Positions 63,888 to 64,000 of a stretch of DNA of 64,000 bases are shown here, one piece after another. Below the pieces are notes generated by a model. It made no database searches, was not told where the DNA came from, and was given only the letters and a program-made list of their open reading frames with translations. Where the stretch lies: the NCBI GenBank assembly GCA_049322475.1, contig JBMOQZ010000316.1, forward strand, positions 918 to 64,917, written 5' to 3'. This DNA comes from Myxococcota bacterium. GTDB taxonomy: Bacteria > Myxococcota_A > UBA796 > SXON01. Position numbers and translations under genes: made by a program. Each line of letters begins with the position of its first letter. Position 1 is the stretch's first letter.

Positions 63888-64000
63888 GGTCCCTCCGCGG
63901 CCGACTGTAGCCCGGCGGTCCGCGGCTCGTACAGAGATCGTCAACGCCTTGATTACGGGGCTTTCGGTGCTATGGTCAAGCGCGACAGCCGAGGCCGCCA

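Overview
This is a very GC-rich bacterial chromosomal segment (by eye roughly 70% G+C, not computed). It almost certainly comes from a myxobacterium-like organism (Myxococcota). The evidence is a MYXO-CTERM-type sorting tail, many MopE-type Cys/Asp 'putative metal-binding' modules, FG-GAP lipoproteins, lipoprotein signals throughout, and two large Ser/Thr-kinase/P-loop/TPR proteins. I call about 52 protein-coding genes. Recognisable ones include an alpha-2-macroglobulin + PBP1C pair, metH, htpX, a tandem NAD-isocitrate-dehydrogenase-like pair, a MutT-like NUDIX, an HxlR + Old-Yellow-Enzyme divergent pair, TauE, an ArsR-methyltransferase fusion, a sulfatase-MBL-DNA-methyltransferase string, a Phd/VapC toxin-antitoxin pair, a Rieske protein and an SDR. 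I found no rRNA, tRNA or CRISPR array. The most unusual content is non-coding. (i) A 52-bp double-hairpin unit occurs in three tandem arrays, and two of them directly bracket a gene with Y1/HUH (RAYT-like) transposase motifs, which makes a candidate REPtron. (ii) A second ~50-bp hairpin repeat family occurs at three loci, and one copy is fused in frame to the 3' end of the methyltransferase ORF. Other items worth a second look are a five-gene same-strand string ending in a small 4-TM protein plus a Pol-beta-type nucleotidyltransferase, a lectin-lipoprotein/STAND-kinase/DUF4157 string, and a lipoprotein gene with no canonical start codon. Most of the very long ORFs in the six-frame track are Arg/Pro/Gly/Ala-rich antisense or out-of-frame artefacts of the GC content and were not called. 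All family assignments rest on motif recognition by eye; no searches were run.
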